Assembly (NCBI GenBank): GCA_965198945.1 | Contig: CBDAQI010000001.1 | Coordinates: 64,001 to 128,000 of the forward strand | Source: Thermodesulfobacteriota bacterium | GTDB lineage: Bacteria; Desulfobacterota_D; UBA1144; Nemesobacterales; Mycalebacteriaceae | DNA: 64,000 nt | Direction: 5' to 3' | In this document: positions 48,088 through 57,933 of the stretch, one piece after another | How positions within the stretch are numbered: the stretch's first letter is position 1 | How the letters are laid out: every line of letters starts with the position of its first letter | Notes under the pieces: model-generated | Database searches by the model: none | Told to the model about the DNA's origin: nothing | What the model saw: the letters and a program-made list of their open reading frames with translations, nothing else | Made by a program: the position numbers and the translations under genes

Positions 48088-48157
48088 AGCGCGTTTCCGA
48101 AATGCTCTCACATAACTCTCGTTCCGGGAGGCATTGGGGCAGATGACAATAAGAATG
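48088..48157 (+). pseudogene. Displaced duplicate of the folD 3' region
   Basis: AGCGCGTTTCCGAAATGCTCTCACATAACTCTCGTTCCGGGAGGC.. aligns to 47626-47694 (SAFPKCSHIT.VPGG). Confidence 0.75.
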
Positions 48158-48173
48158 TTTGCAGGACTTTGAT

Positions 48174-48704
48174 TCAGAAGTTGCCGCCCCGCGGTTCGCG
48201 GCAAAAAGGGAAAAAGCGGCTTTTCCAAAGCTCCACATAACCGTTATCGTCAAGCGTTTTCAAAATTTCTTCAACCGTTTTGCCGGCAGCCGGATGCCTG
48301 AAGCCGGGGGCGATCTGCCTCATCGGTTCAAGAACAAACCTTCTGGTATGGGCTTGGGGATGCGGAATTTTAATTTCTTCATTTTCCATAACAGTGTCGT
48401 GGTGGAAAAGAATGTCAAGATCAATAACCCTCGGACGGTTTTTTCCCTTACCCGTTCTGCCCATCTCCTTTTCAACCTTCCGCAGCTCGTGTAAAAGTTC
48501 TTCCGGAGGCGGCGCTTGCCCGATCATCAAAACTGCGTTTATGAAAAACGGCTGACTGCCCTCAACACCCACCGGCTCGGTTTTATATAAGGGGGAAACT
48601 TTTTCAATGCCTGCAAAACGCGATATGCGAAACAGAGCTTCAACACAGTTCGCCTCCCTGTCACCGAGGTTGGTTCCGATTCCGATAAATACGCCAGCGC
48701 TCAA
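48174..48704 (-). CDS. folK: 6-hydroxymethyl-7,8-dihydropterin pyrophosphokinase
   Basis: IGIGTNLGDR, Y.TEP, F.NAV, PRVIDLDIL, PHP..R.FVL.P. Confidence 0.95.
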   Translation of the reverse strand: MSAGVFIGIGTNLGDREANCVEALFRISRFAGIEKVSPLYKTEPVGVEGSQPFFINAVLMIGQAPPPEELLHELRKVEKEMGRTGKGKNRPRVIDLDILFHHDTVMENEEIKIPHPQAHTRRFVLEPMRQIAPGFRHPAAGKTVEEILKTLDDNGYVELWKSRFFPFCREPRGGNF

Positions 48705-49471
48705 GGCCGTTCCTCCCGTCCTTCAAGGGATTTTATCATCATATCCGCGGTAAAGTGTCCCGCTTTGCGCGCCGCTTCGGTATCGGTCAGGCCTTTGGCT
48801 TTGAGCGCGCAAAGAGCGGATGAAAAAACGCATCCGCTTCCGTGGACGCTCTCGCGCACCCTCTCGCGCTTTATCTCAAAGAAGTTTTTCCCGTCAAAAA
48901 GCAGATCGGTAACATCGCCCGCCTGCGGCAGGTGCCCGCCCGTTATAACAACTTTGCGGACTCCGAGTCCGGCTATTTCCCTTGCGGCGACTTTCATATC
49001 CTCGGTATTTTCAATCTCAACTCCGCAGAGCTCCCGCGCTTCAAAAGTGTTCGGTGTTACGAAATCGCAAAGCGGAAGCAGCTCTTTTTTAAGGGCTTCC
49101 ACACCGCTTTGTGATAAAAGCCGCTCCCCTGAGCTTGATTTTATAACCGGGTCTGCAACCACATTTTTGATTGAGAAATCTCTTATGTTGCGGCAGACCG
49201 ATATGACGGTTTCTTCGTCAAAAAGCATTCCGGTTTTCGCCGCTTCTATTTGTCCGCTCCGTGCTATTGAGACAAACTGGGCGTCTATAAAATCCGGAGA
49301 AACCTTCTGCGCGGCGGCGAACTCCGATTCGTTTTGCGCCGTCAGACAAGTGACAACGGCAAACCCCCTCACTCCGAGCGCGGTAAAGGTCTTCATATCC
49401 GCCGCGATTCCCGCCCCGCAGCACGGGTCTGTTCCCGCGACTGTCAGCGCCCGTGGAAGAGTTCGTCTCAT
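48701..49471 (-). CDS. thiD: Hydroxymethylpyrimidine/phosphomethylpyrimidine kinase
   Basis: AGTDP..GAGI.AD.K, TAQN, KTGML, DPV, TPN..E, HGSGC.FS. Confidence 0.92.
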   Translation of the reverse strand: MRRTLPRALTVAGTDPCCGAGIAADMKTFTALGVRGFAVVTCLTAQNESEFAAAQKVSPDFIDAQFVSIARSGQIEAAKTGMLFDEETVISVCRNIRDFSIKNVVADPVIKSSSGERLLSQSGVEALKKELLPLCDFVTPNTFEARELCGVEIENTEDMKVAAREIAGLGVRKVVITGGHLPQAGDVTDLLFDGKNFFEIKRERVRESVHGSGCVFSSALCALKAKGLTDTEAARKAGHFTADMMIKSLEGREERP

Positions 49472-49565
49472 TATTCTGAACTCTTTAACAGAGAAGCGCG
49501 GATTTTACAAAACCGGGCGGCTTGTTATAATTTCCTTCTCAATTCAGAACCAGTGAGGTGAGACT

Positions 49566-49973
49566 ATGGCTGAGCCGCAGATTTTTATGCCCGAACTTTT
49601 CAGAGAAGATGAAAATGGAAAAATTCGTCTTGTCGCAGGTTACTGCGCCGATTCGGACAACTGGACTTTTCCGAAATACCTGGCCGACCCGGTGAGTTTT
49701 ACGGACGATGTTGAGGAGAAACTCCTCAGCCCCACGGGTGTTCTTCATTCTTTTACGGTTGTGCGCAGAAGCATGCCGGAATATGTGGTGCCATATGTTC
49801 TTGCGCTTGTTGATTTCCCCGAAACCGTCCGCGTTATGGCTCAGGTGGAAACGCAGGATTTTGACGCGCTCACACTCGGCGAAGAGATGGGACTTACGAC
49901 GGGCTTTATAAGAAAAACCGAAGACGGAAGCGATGTGATTTCCTACAAGTTCATTCCCGTACGGGAAATGTAG
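49566..49973 (+). CDS. DUF35/ChsH2-like OB-fold protein
   Basis: G.LHSFTVV, VPYVLALVDF, VRV.AQ; GAGG RBS; degenerate Zn ribbon. Confidence 0.8.
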   Translation: MAEPQIFMPELFREDENGKIRLVAGYCADSDNWTFPKYLADPVSFTDDVEEKLLSPTGVLHSFTVVRRSMPEYVVPYVLALVDFPETVRVMAQVETQDFDALTLGEEMGLTTGFIRKTEDGSDVISYKFIPVREM

Positions 49974-50475
49974 TAGTTAGAACAGTTATTGCCCCGTCGG
50001 GTGAAAACCCCTTCTTTTCCAGCCAACCGGCGGGAATTTCAAGAGCCGCCGTATATTTTCCGGACGGTCTGTATTTCTGCGCCCTCTCATAACAGCGCGT
50101 TTTCCATTTGCGCAAACTCTCTCCCGAATTTCGGGGACATTTTTTCATTCTCACTTTTTCGGTCACCATTCCGTTTTCCGCGATGTAGAGAATGTCCAGA
50201 TCCAGATAAGTGTTGAACATCCAGAACCCTCACGTCTGCGGTTTTTTGTAAACAAAAAGCATTCCCTCTCCGTCCGGCAGATTTTTTCTGCACATAAGTC
50301 CCCGCATTTTTTCATTGTCGGTGGAAGCGACCTCCGCGCTCACCTCAGCCCGTTTTTCCCCGTCTGAGATCACAACCTTTGTTTTTGGGAGCGGCTTGAG
50401 GTCAAGCCCCGCACAGTCGGTTTGAAAATCCGCCGCCGAAGATAAAGAAAATAAAAACGCCACGGTAAAAAGCAC
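49951..50475 (-). pseudogene. DUF192 family protein with in-frame TGA
   Basis: EVA.T..E..RGLM.R..L..GEGMLFVY..PQT*GFWMFNT..LDI..ALEI.AG; same frame on both sides of the TGA at 50230-50232. Confidence 0.85.
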
Positions 50476-50490
50476 AAATCCCGCCGCGCC

Positions 50491-51855
50491 TCAATTCTTT
50501 ATGGCCTCTCGGAGAGTTGTTTCCACCATGTCTCTTATCTCTGCGAGGCGGTTTTCACTTTCCGCTTCAAATCTCAGCACAAGCGCGGGCTGAGTGTTTG
50601 AGGCGCGCACAAGCCCCCAGCCTCGCTCCCAGCTCGCTCTTACGCCGTCAATGTCATTGATTTCGGCTTCGGGAAATTTCTGCGATACGATTTTTTTCAG
50701 TTTTTCAACAACTTTGAATTTTTCTTCGTCCGGGCAGTCAACCCTGATTTCGGGCGTTGAAAAAAGTTTCGGCGCAAGGGCGAGCAGTGCCGAAACCGTT
50801 TTGCCCGTTTTTGACACGATTTCCAGAAGCCGCAGGCCCGCGTAGAGCGCATCGTCATATCCGAAAAACCTGTCGCCGAAAAAGATGTGTCCGCTCATCT
50901 CTCCGGCAAGCGCGGCGTTTTCTTCGGCGAGTTTCTTTTTCATAAGCGAGTGTCCGGTTTTCCACATAATGGTTTTCGCGCCGGCTTTTTCGGCAAGTTC
51001 AAAAAGCAGTTTTGAGCATTTTACATCACCGATAATTTTCGCTCCCGGATTTCTGCGCGCGATTTCAAGGGCAAAAATCAGCACGAGCATATCGCCGCGG
51101 ACAATTTCCCCGTTCTCATCCACAACGCCGAGCCGGTCTGCATCTCCGTCAAAAGCCATTCCGAGCCGGCTTTTTTCTCTCCTCACGGTCTTGATGAGGT
51201 CTTGCAGGTTTTCCTCAACCGAAGGGTCGGGATGGTGGTTCGGGAAAGTCCCGTCCGGTTCGGCGAAAATACCCTTCCCTTCAAGTCCGAGTTTTTCAAA
51301 CACAAGCGGAGCGGCCACTCCTCCCGTGCCGTTTCCGCAGTCAAACGCGAATTTCAGCCCTCTCTCAATCTCCACCGACCCGGCGAGAAAATCAGAGTAT
51401 GTCTTCGTTATGTCCGTTTTTGTAATTGTCCCGCGCGCCGCTCTGCTTTCTTTTGCGGGAGTTTTTGAAAGATCCTCTATATCGCGCCCGAACATCGCGT
51501 TTTTTCCCATGCACAGTTTCAAGCCGTTATATTCGGGCGGGTTGTGGCTTGCCGTTACAATCACACCTCCGTCCGGTGTCATATTGAACACGGAAAAATA
51601 GAGCATCGGTGTTGAAACAAGACCGATGTCAACAACGTTAACGCCGCGGCTTGTGATTCCGTCACAAAGCGCTTGCGCAAAACTCTCAGAACTCGGGCGG
51701 CAGTCTCTTCCGACCGAAACGGTTTTGCCGCCGAGCATTTTCGCCTTCTCTCCATATGACTTTCCTATGGAAAAAACCCTTTCTTCGTTTATCCCGCTTC
51801 CGACAGTTCCCCTGATGTCATATTCTCTGAAAATATTTTCGGAATTTGCGCTCAT
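50491..51855 (-). CDS. Phosphomannomutase/phosphoglucomutase (AlgC-like)
   Basis: IFREYDIRG, TASHNP, FDGDADR, GEMSGH, VRASNTQP. Confidence 0.93.
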   Translation of the reverse strand: MSANSENIFREYDIRGTVGSGINEERVFSIGKSYGEKAKMLGGKTVSVGRDCRPSSESFAQALCDGITSRGVNVVDIGLVSTPMLYFSVFNMTPDGGVIVTASHNPPEYNGLKLCMGKNAMFGRDIEDLSKTPAKESRAARGTITKTDITKTYSDFLAGSVEIERGLKFAFDCGNGTGGVAAPLVFEKLGLEGKGIFAEPDGTFPNHHPDPSVEENLQDLIKTVRREKSRLGMAFDGDADRLGVVDENGEIVRGDMLVLIFALEIARRNPGAKIIGDVKCSKLLFELAEKAGAKTIMWKTGHSLMKKKLAEENAALAGEMSGHIFFGDRFFGYDDALYAGLRLLEIVSKTGKTVSALLALAPKLFSTPEIRVDCPDEEKFKVVEKLKKIVSQKFPEAEINDIDGVRASWERGWGLVRASNTQPALVLRFEAESENRLAEIRDMVETTLREAIKN

Positions 51856-51922
51856 TTCGGATTTTTCCCTTCGGTGTGCGGCGGTTTGACTTTATTCTAA
51901 CACTTTTTACTATTAGCCCGTT

Positions 51923-53401
51923 GTGATTCGCCCCTCATTTGAGGAGTTCAGAAAAAAACTGAAATCCGGAAACCTGATTCCCGTCTGGGATGAGATTGCC
52001 GCTCCGGATGACACTCCGGTTTCGGCTTTTGAAAAGATTGACGACCCCCCTTACTCGTTTCTTTTTGAGAGCGTTGAGGGCGGAGACAAGTGGGCGCGCT
52101 ACAGTTTTCTCGGTTGCGGTTCCGATTGTGTTTTCAGAGCCAGGGGAAAAAATATAGAGACCGAAGAAAACGGCGGAGTTTCTCACAAGACCGGCGACCC
52201 GTTTGAACATCTCAGGAAACTGCTCGGCCGTTACAAGTTTGTTGAAGACCCGGAGCTTCCGCGTTTTGCGGGCGGAGCCGTGGGGTATATGAGTTACGAT
52301 GCGGTCCGTTTCATAGAGAACCTTCCGCAAAACAGCCCCAATGTGCTCGGAGTCTGGGATTTCCATTTTATAATTGCGGGCAACGTTCTTATCTTTGACA
52401 ATGTAGAAAAAGATGTCAGAACGGTCGTCTGCGCATACTGCCCGGACGAGGCGGAGGCCGAGAGTGTTTACCGTTCGGCGGTTCGGGAAGTGGAACGGCT
52501 CAAAGGCCTGATTTGTTCGCCTCGCCCCCGCGAGCCCAACCCAAATCCCGGACGGCGCCCGGCGAGTGGCGGTCTCGTATCCAACTTTGAGAGGCGGGAC
52601 TTTGAACAGTCCGTGGAGAAAGTGAAGGAATACATAAAAAGCGGCGACATAATACAGGCCGTAATTTCCCAGAGGTGGAGCACGGAGCTTGATGTTGAAC
52701 CCTTCGGTCTCTACAAGGCGCTTCGGGTTCTGAATCCGTCGCCTTATATGTTTTTTCTCAAGACCGGAGACCAGACACTTGTCGGCTCATCACCCGAAGT
52801 GATGGTGCGTGTGGAGGGGAGCTCGGTTGAAAGCCGCCCAATCGCCGGAACAAAGCCTAGGGGAGCGGATGAAAAGCGGGACGGGGAACTAGAAAAAGAG
52901 CTGCTCGCCGATGAAAAGGAAAGAGCCGAGCACATAATGCTTGTTGATTTGGCGCGCAACGACCTTGGAAGGATCGCCCGGCACGGAACCGTGAAGGTGG
53001 ATTCCTTTATGACGGTTGAACGGTATTCACATGTGATGCACATAGTTTCAAACGTCAAAGCGGAAATGGCGGAGGGGGCGGATGTGATTGATGTTGTGAA
53101 GGCGACTTTTCCGGCCGGAACGCTGTCCGGGGCGCCAAAGGTGCGCGCAATGGAAATCATAGAGGAGATAGAGCCGGAAACGAGGGGGCCTTACGGCGGC
53201 GCGGTCGGGTATGTGAGTTTTTCGGGCGATATGGACACCTGCATAACCATCAGGACTTTTCTTATCAAAGACGGCAGGGTCTATGTTCAGGCGGGAGCGG
53301 GAATTGTGGCCGATTCGGATCCGGCGCGTGAATATGAGGAGACCGTCAACAAGGCGAAAGCGCTTTTGAAAGCGCTTGAAAAAGCGAGGGAGATTGAATA
53401 A
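51923..53401 (+). CDS. trpE: Anthranilate synthase component I
   Basis: FLFESVEG, NPSPYM, PIAGT, EHIMLVDLARND, FPAGTLSGAPK. Confidence 0.93.
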   Translation: MIRPSFEEFRKKLKSGNLIPVWDEIAAPDDTPVSAFEKIDDPPYSFLFESVEGGDKWARYSFLGCGSDCVFRARGKNIETEENGGVSHKTGDPFEHLRKLLGRYKFVEDPELPRFAGGAVGYMSYDAVRFIENLPQNSPNVLGVWDFHFIIAGNVLIFDNVEKDVRTVVCAYCPDEAEAESVYRSAVREVERLKGLICSPRPREPNPNPGRRPASGGLVSNFERRDFEQSVEKVKEYIKSGDIIQAVISQRWSTELDVEPFGLYKALRVLNPSPYMFFLKTGDQTLVGSSPEVMVRVEGSSVESRPIAGTKPRGADEKRDGELEKELLADEKERAEHIMLVDLARNDLGRIARHGTVKVDSFMTVERYSHVMHIVSNVKAEMAEGADVIDVVKATFPAGTLSGAPKVRAMEIIEEIEPETRGPYGGAVGYVSFSGDMDTCITIRTFLIKDGRVYVQAGAGIVADSDPAREYEETVNKAKALLKALEKAREIE

Positions 53402-53409
53402 TTCGTCTT

Positions 53410-53625
53410 ATGCGCAACGAGTTTACGGCCATTGTTGAAAAGGACGGAGATTTGCATATTTCCTACTGTGCTGAAATACCAGGCGTAAACGGACAGGGCA
53501 AAACAAAGAAAGAGTGTTTGAAAAGCCTTTCCGGAGCGATTGAGTTGATTTTAGAAGACCAACGGCGGGACTGCTTGAAGGGCGTTCCAGATGATGCCAT
53601 TTCAGAAGTTGTCGCAGTTGGATGA
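53410..53625 (+). CDS. HicB-like antitoxin
   Basis: FTAIVEKDG..Y.AEIPGVNGQGKT..E....L..AI.LIL. Confidence 0.8.
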   Translation: MRNEFTAIVEKDGDLHISYCAEIPGVNGQGKTKKECLKSLSGAIELILEDQRRDCLKGVPDDAISEVVAVG

Positions 53626-53705
53626 AAAGAAACTCCCTGATAAGACATTCTGAAACGTAATGCGGTAGAACTGAATACAAGCTGTGCTGCTGTCATAACC
53701 CTGCG
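53622..53705 (+). pseudogene. HicA toxin remnant
   Basis: ATGA overlap with hicB; MKRNSLIRH, then a frameshift (LKRN..) and a HNPA fragment. Confidence 0.55.
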
Positions 53706-53731
53706 GGGGATTTGGTGTATAATCCACGCTT

Positions 53732-54343
53732 GTGCTGTTAATGATAGACAACTACGATTCTTTCACCTACAATCTTGTTCACTATTTTCAGGAACTCGGA
53801 AAAGAGGTTTCCACATACCGCAATGACGAAATATCACCGGACGAGATAGAAAAGCTTTCGCCAGAAATAATCGTGATTTCACCCGGTCCGTGCTCTCCGG
53901 AGAAATCGGGCGTTTCGGTTGAGCTTGTGAAAAATTTTGCCGGAAAAATTCCAATTCTCGGCATCTGTCTCGGTCATCAGGCGATTGCGCACGCTTTTGA
54001 GGCGGATATTGTCCGCGCCCGGCGGCTTCTGCACGGGAAAACTTCTGAGATTTACCACAGGGGGGCGGGTGTTTTCAAAGACCTTCCGAGCCCCTTCAAC
54101 GCCACAAGATACCATTCGCTGATTGTTGACCCGGACACTCTGCCCGAAGATTTTGAGATTACCGCCTGGACGGACGAGGATGAGATAATGGGAATAAGAC
54201 ACAGATATTTTTCCGGCAGGGGACGGCTTGAGGGAGTCCAGTTTCATCCCGAATCAGTGCTGACCGAAAACGGGAAAGAGCTTTTGAAAAACTTTATTAA
54301 GGATAGTGATCAGACCGGGGCGTCGCGTGAGGGGGTGAAGTGA
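53732..54343 (+). CDS. trpG: Anthranilate synthase component II (glutamine amidotransferase)
   Basis: [33 protein letters not shown]. Confidence 0.92.
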   Translation: MLLMIDNYDSFTYNLVHYFQELGKEVSTYRNDEISPDEIEKLSPEIIVISPGPCSPEKSGVSVELVKNFAGKIPILGICLGHQAIAHAFEADIVRARRLLHGKTSEIYHRGAGVFKDLPSPFNATRYHSLIVDPDTLPEDFEITAWTDEDEIMGIRHRYFSGRGRLEGVQFHPESVLTENGKELLKNFIKDSDQTGASREGVK

Positions 54344-54427
54344 GATATTTTCACTTCACTCCCGTGTTTGCAGATGCGTTGAACCAACCGATGCCCCGCA
54401 GGAAAAAACAAGGGAGAGACACAGACT

Positions 54428-56155
54428 ATGAAACTTCTTTTCAGACCGCGTGACAAAAAATTTGTGGGCGAAGGCGATCTGCCGTTCGGAACTTTTGATG
54501 ACACCGGACAGTGGCTTCCAATCTGCCGCTACCTGGAAATGGGAGCGGAAAGGTTTGGTGATAAAACGCTTTTCAGTGTTGCGGATTCGGACGTCAATGT
54601 TACGGAAAGTTTCACATACTCCGAGGCAAATATGCGGGCGAACCGGATTGCAAACACCGCGGTTTCCAAACTGAATGTGAAAAAAGGCGAGACGGTCGGA
54701 ATCTATATGCTGAACCGTGCGGAGTTTGTGCTTTCAATCCTCGCCATACACAAGGCCGGAGCGGTTCAGGTTCCCATAAACAAAGACGAAAAGGGTGAGC
54801 GGCTCGCCTATATTATCAACTACTCGGAGCAGAGAGTTCTTATGACCGATGCGGAAAGCCTGCTTTTGCTTGAGGAGACGGCGGACGGAATTGAAAATCT
54901 GGAGTTTATTTTTGTCGCCGGCGCCGGGGGGGCAAAACTGCCCGAGAAAATAGGCCCGGCAAAAGTTCTGCCGTTTTCCTTTTTTGAGGAATTTCCGGCT
55001 GAAAATCCACAGGTTGCCGTGTCGGTTTCCGATGCGGAAAGGTGCATGTTTACCTCCGGCACGACCGGAATGCCGAAAGGGGTTTCAAGAAACCACAGCG
55101 GCGTTGTGCTGACAGTCCGGGCTTATCTTGAGCATCAGGGAGTCCGCAGCGGAGACGTTCTTATGACCGTGCTGTCGCTCGCTCACGCAAACGCACAGGT
55201 GATGTGCCTGTTCGCTTCAATAGCGGCGGGGGCGCAGTGTGTTATTTTCCCGCGATTTTCCGCTTCGGGTTTCTGGAGATGGGCGGCTGGGTGCGGGGCC
55301 ACAATTACAAACATGCTCGGCTCCGTGCCGGAATATCTTTGGTCTTCCGCCCGGTCTGAATACGACCGAAAACACTCGGTCAGGACGGTTCTCGCCGGCC
55401 CCGCACCGAAAAACCGCACCGAGTTTGAGGAAAGGTTCGGTGTGAGAGTTGTTGAAGGATACGGCTCAACCGAGATGGGAATGGTCCTTTGGCAGTATGC
55501 GGAGGATTTTCGTCCCGGTTCTTCAGGATTTGTAACCCAGGGCTACTATGTGGAGATAAGAGACCCGGACGATACTGACAGGGTGATTGAGAATGCGTGG
55601 GACACATCGCGCGACAAAACTCCGCCCTCCGGATGCGCGGGACTGCTTTTTATACGCCCGCTGATACCGGACACGACTCTAAACGAATATTTCAAAGACT
55701 CCGAAAGAACCCGTCAGGCATTTGACGGGGAAGGTTTTTTCAATTCGGACGACCTGTTTGTGCGGGGTGTGGACAACAGATACTACTTTCAGGGCAGATA
55801 CAGCAGAATCAGGGTTTCCGGTGAAAATGTGGATCCCAACGCCGTTGCCGCCACGGCGCTGAATCATAATTCCGTAGACCAGGCGGTTGCGCTGGGAGTC
55901 CGTTTGCCGGAGATTTCCGATGACGAAATTAAATTGAACATTGTTCTCTCCGACGGCTCTGAGTTTGACCCGATGCTCTTTTGCCAATGGATGGCGGAAC
56001 GGGTTCCGGTCTATATGGTCCCGAGATTTATTCAGGTATACGAACAGTTTCCGCTGACTTCAACTCAAAAAATAAACCTCGGGGCTTTGAAGACGCTCGG
56101 CAGTGAAACATGGGACAGAAACAAGTCCGGTTTGAGCCTGAAAACAAGAAAATAG
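54428..56155 (+). CDS. ATP-dependent acyl-CoA ligase (CaiC-like), paralog 1
   Basis: FTSGTTGMPKG, HANA, RFSAS.FW, EGYGSTE, SDDL, SGENV, T.TQK. Confidence 0.85.
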   Translation: MKLLFRPRDKKFVGEGDLPFGTFDDTGQWLPICRYLEMGAERFGDKTLFSVADSDVNVTESFTYSEANMRANRIANTAVSKLNVKKGETVGIYMLNRAEFVLSILAIHKAGAVQVPINKDEKGERLAYIINYSEQRVLMTDAESLLLLEETADGIENLEFIFVAGAGGAKLPEKIGPAKVLPFSFFEEFPAENPQVAVSVSDAERCMFTSGTTGMPKGVSRNHSGVVLTVRAYLEHQGVRSGDVLMTVLSLAHANAQVMCLFASIAAGAQCVIFPRFSASGFWRWAAGCGATITNMLGSVPEYLWSSARSEYDRKHSVRTVLAGPAPKNRTEFEERFGVRVVEGYGSTEMGMVLWQYAEDFRPGSSGFVTQGYYVEIRDPDDTDRVIENAWDTSRDKTPPSGCAGLLFIRPLIPDTTLNEYFKDSERTRQAFDGEGFFNSDDLFVRGVDNRYYFQGRYSRIRVSGENVDPNAVAATALNHNSVDQAVALGVRLPEISDDEIKLNIVLSDGSEFDPMLFCQWMAERVPVYMVPRFIQVYEQFPLTSTQKINLGALKTLGSETWDRNKSGLSLKTRK

Positions 56156-56225
56156 TTTTTGCTTTTTTTGCGTTGATTGCTTATATTTGGGGCCGATAAT
56201 CCGTATTCCTAAGGAGTGTTGTCTC

Positions 56226-56762
56226 ATGATGAAAAGAATTATTCTTCCGGTCTTTTCTCTGGTTTTAGGTTTCGTGTTTGCGGCAAACGTCTGGGCTACA
56301 ATACCCGGTGATAACGCCGCGGCGAGCGGAATAAAAACCTGTGTTGAAGAGATTGAACGGGAAATCGGCATTATCGTGGCCGACCAGCCTCACCAAAGCC
56401 ACGATTTTGTGGCTCCGGACGCCAGAAATGTTGACAAACGTCCCTTTTATTCAATGGTTTTCAGAAGCTACACCGATGTCGGAATCTCTCACATAACAGT
56501 TTCCGCCGCGAGGTCTGATTTAAGCAGAAGAAATGTAAAATGCGACCTGCTGATAAGTGAAACTTTTTTTTCGGACAGAACTTGCGAAGAATGGTCGCGT
56601 GACCTCGCCTCGCAGGATTTCAAAGCGCAGCCTCTTGCAAGCGATGTAACTCTGATGGAAAACTCCGGCGATCAGAGCCTTTTCTCTTTCTACTACTTGA
56701 CGGACGTAAGCGGAGGAGACGGCTGTCTGGTCACCAGAAGAAGACTGGCATATGAGAATTAG
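56226..56762 (+). CDS. Secreted hypothetical protein
   Basis: Signal peptide (VWA), four Cys in the mature part, AAGGAG RBS. Confidence 0.65.
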   Translation: MMKRIILPVFSLVLGFVFAANVWATIPGDNAAASGIKTCVEEIEREIGIIVADQPHQSHDFVAPDARNVDKRPFYSMVFRSYTDVGISHITVSAARSDLSRRNVKCDLLISETFFSDRTCEEWSRDLASQDFKAQPLASDVTLMENSGDQSLFSFYYLTDVSGGDGCLVTRRRLAYEN

Positions 56763-56780
56763 GTTTTCAAAAGAGCTTTT

Positions 56781-57725
56781 TCAAAAAACCATATAAATAA
56801 AAACTCCGTAAAGGAGAAGAAGAACGGTTCCGGTCTTTTTGCCAATCTTTGAGCCTTTTGTCATGAAAGGCACTATAAACGCGCTTACGGCGATAGCGAA
56901 AGGCAGTTGGACTCTTACCAGTTCGGGGTCTATGGAGAGCGGCACTATTGAGGCTGTAAGGCCCAGAATAATTATGTTGAACAAGTTGCTGCCGGCAAGG
57001 TTGCCTATTGCGATTGAGTGTTCGCGCCGCGCAACCGCCGCGAGAGATGCGGCGAGCTCGGGCAGGGAAGTCCCCACGGCGACGGCGGTCGCTCCGATTA
57101 CCAGTTCCGGAACCCCGGCTCTGTGAGCTATTGCCACCGCGCTTTCAACCACAAGTTTGCTTCCGAGCGCAAGCCCCACAAGCCCGGCTGAAATAAAAAA
57201 GAGAAGGATTTTCAGGTCGCGTGGAGACGAAGCGGTTTTGGTCTCCGGAGATATTTCCGTTTTCCCGCCTTGTCTTAAATAAAGATAAACTTTAAGCGGC
57301 ACGAGCAGCATAACCACCGCCCCGCCCTCCGCCCCGCTGAGTGCGCCGTCAGAACACAGAAAAACCAGAAGCGCCAGAAAAGAAGCGGCCGCGATGGTTT
57401 CCGCTCTGAGTCCCTGACGGATGTATATTGTGGAAAGCGCCGCGCTGATACCGATTATAAGACAGATGTTTGAAACGTTGCTGCCCACAATGTTTCCCGC
57501 GGCAATGTCGGCGGAGCCCCTGAGCGCCGCGATAAGACATATTAAAAGTTCCGGCAGCGAAGTGCCGACCGCCACCACAGTGAGACCGACGACAGTGGGG
57601 CTTATTCCCAGTTTTGCCCCAAGCAGTGAAGCTCCTTCAACCGCCGAATCCGCGCCAATCCAGACGCCCGCAATGCCGGTGATGAGCAGGAAAATTTCAA
57701 AAATTGCCGATTCGGGGAAAAACAT
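56781..57725 (-). CDS. Ca2+/Na+ antiporter (YrbG-like)
   Basis: Two GTSLPEL alpha repeats with GN..GSN. Confidence 0.92.
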   Translation of the reverse strand: MFFPESAIFEIFLLITGIAGVWIGADSAVEGASLLGAKLGISPTVVGLTVVAVGTSLPELLICLIAALRGSADIAAGNIVGSNVSNICLIIGISAALSTIYIRQGLRAETIAAASFLALLVFLCSDGALSGAEGGAVVMLLVPLKVYLYLRQGGKTEISPETKTASSPRDLKILLFFISAGLVGLALGSKLVVESAVAIAHRAGVPELVIGATAVAVGTSLPELAASLAAVARREHSIAIGNLAGSNLFNIIILGLTASIVPLSIDPELVRVQLPFAIAVSAFIVPFMTKGSKIGKKTGTVLLLLYGVFIYMVF

Positions 57726-57933
57726 TTTTCTTTACCAAGGCGCCCGTGCGCTTTTCAGATTTGTGAGTATAAACGGGGTTTATCAGATGGAAAGGGTGTG
57801 TTGTCTGAAAATCACTCCGGTTCGTCCGCGTTGAAATTGGTTCTTAATTTAGATAGATTCAAATTCCGGCTTGAGAGATTAAAAAATCGGTTTCTCATAA
57901 TTTGCAGATACGAAAACAGGAGGATTTACGGCT

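Noticed and set aside
49472..49565. TPP riboswitch upstream of thiD (also checked before thiL)
   Set aside because: Spacers are short and lack the CTGAGA/aptamer core in the right orientation
50230..50232. Selenocysteine or reassigned TGA in DUF192
   Set aside because: The position is not a Cys site, no convincing SECIS was seen, and many intact genes here end in TGA
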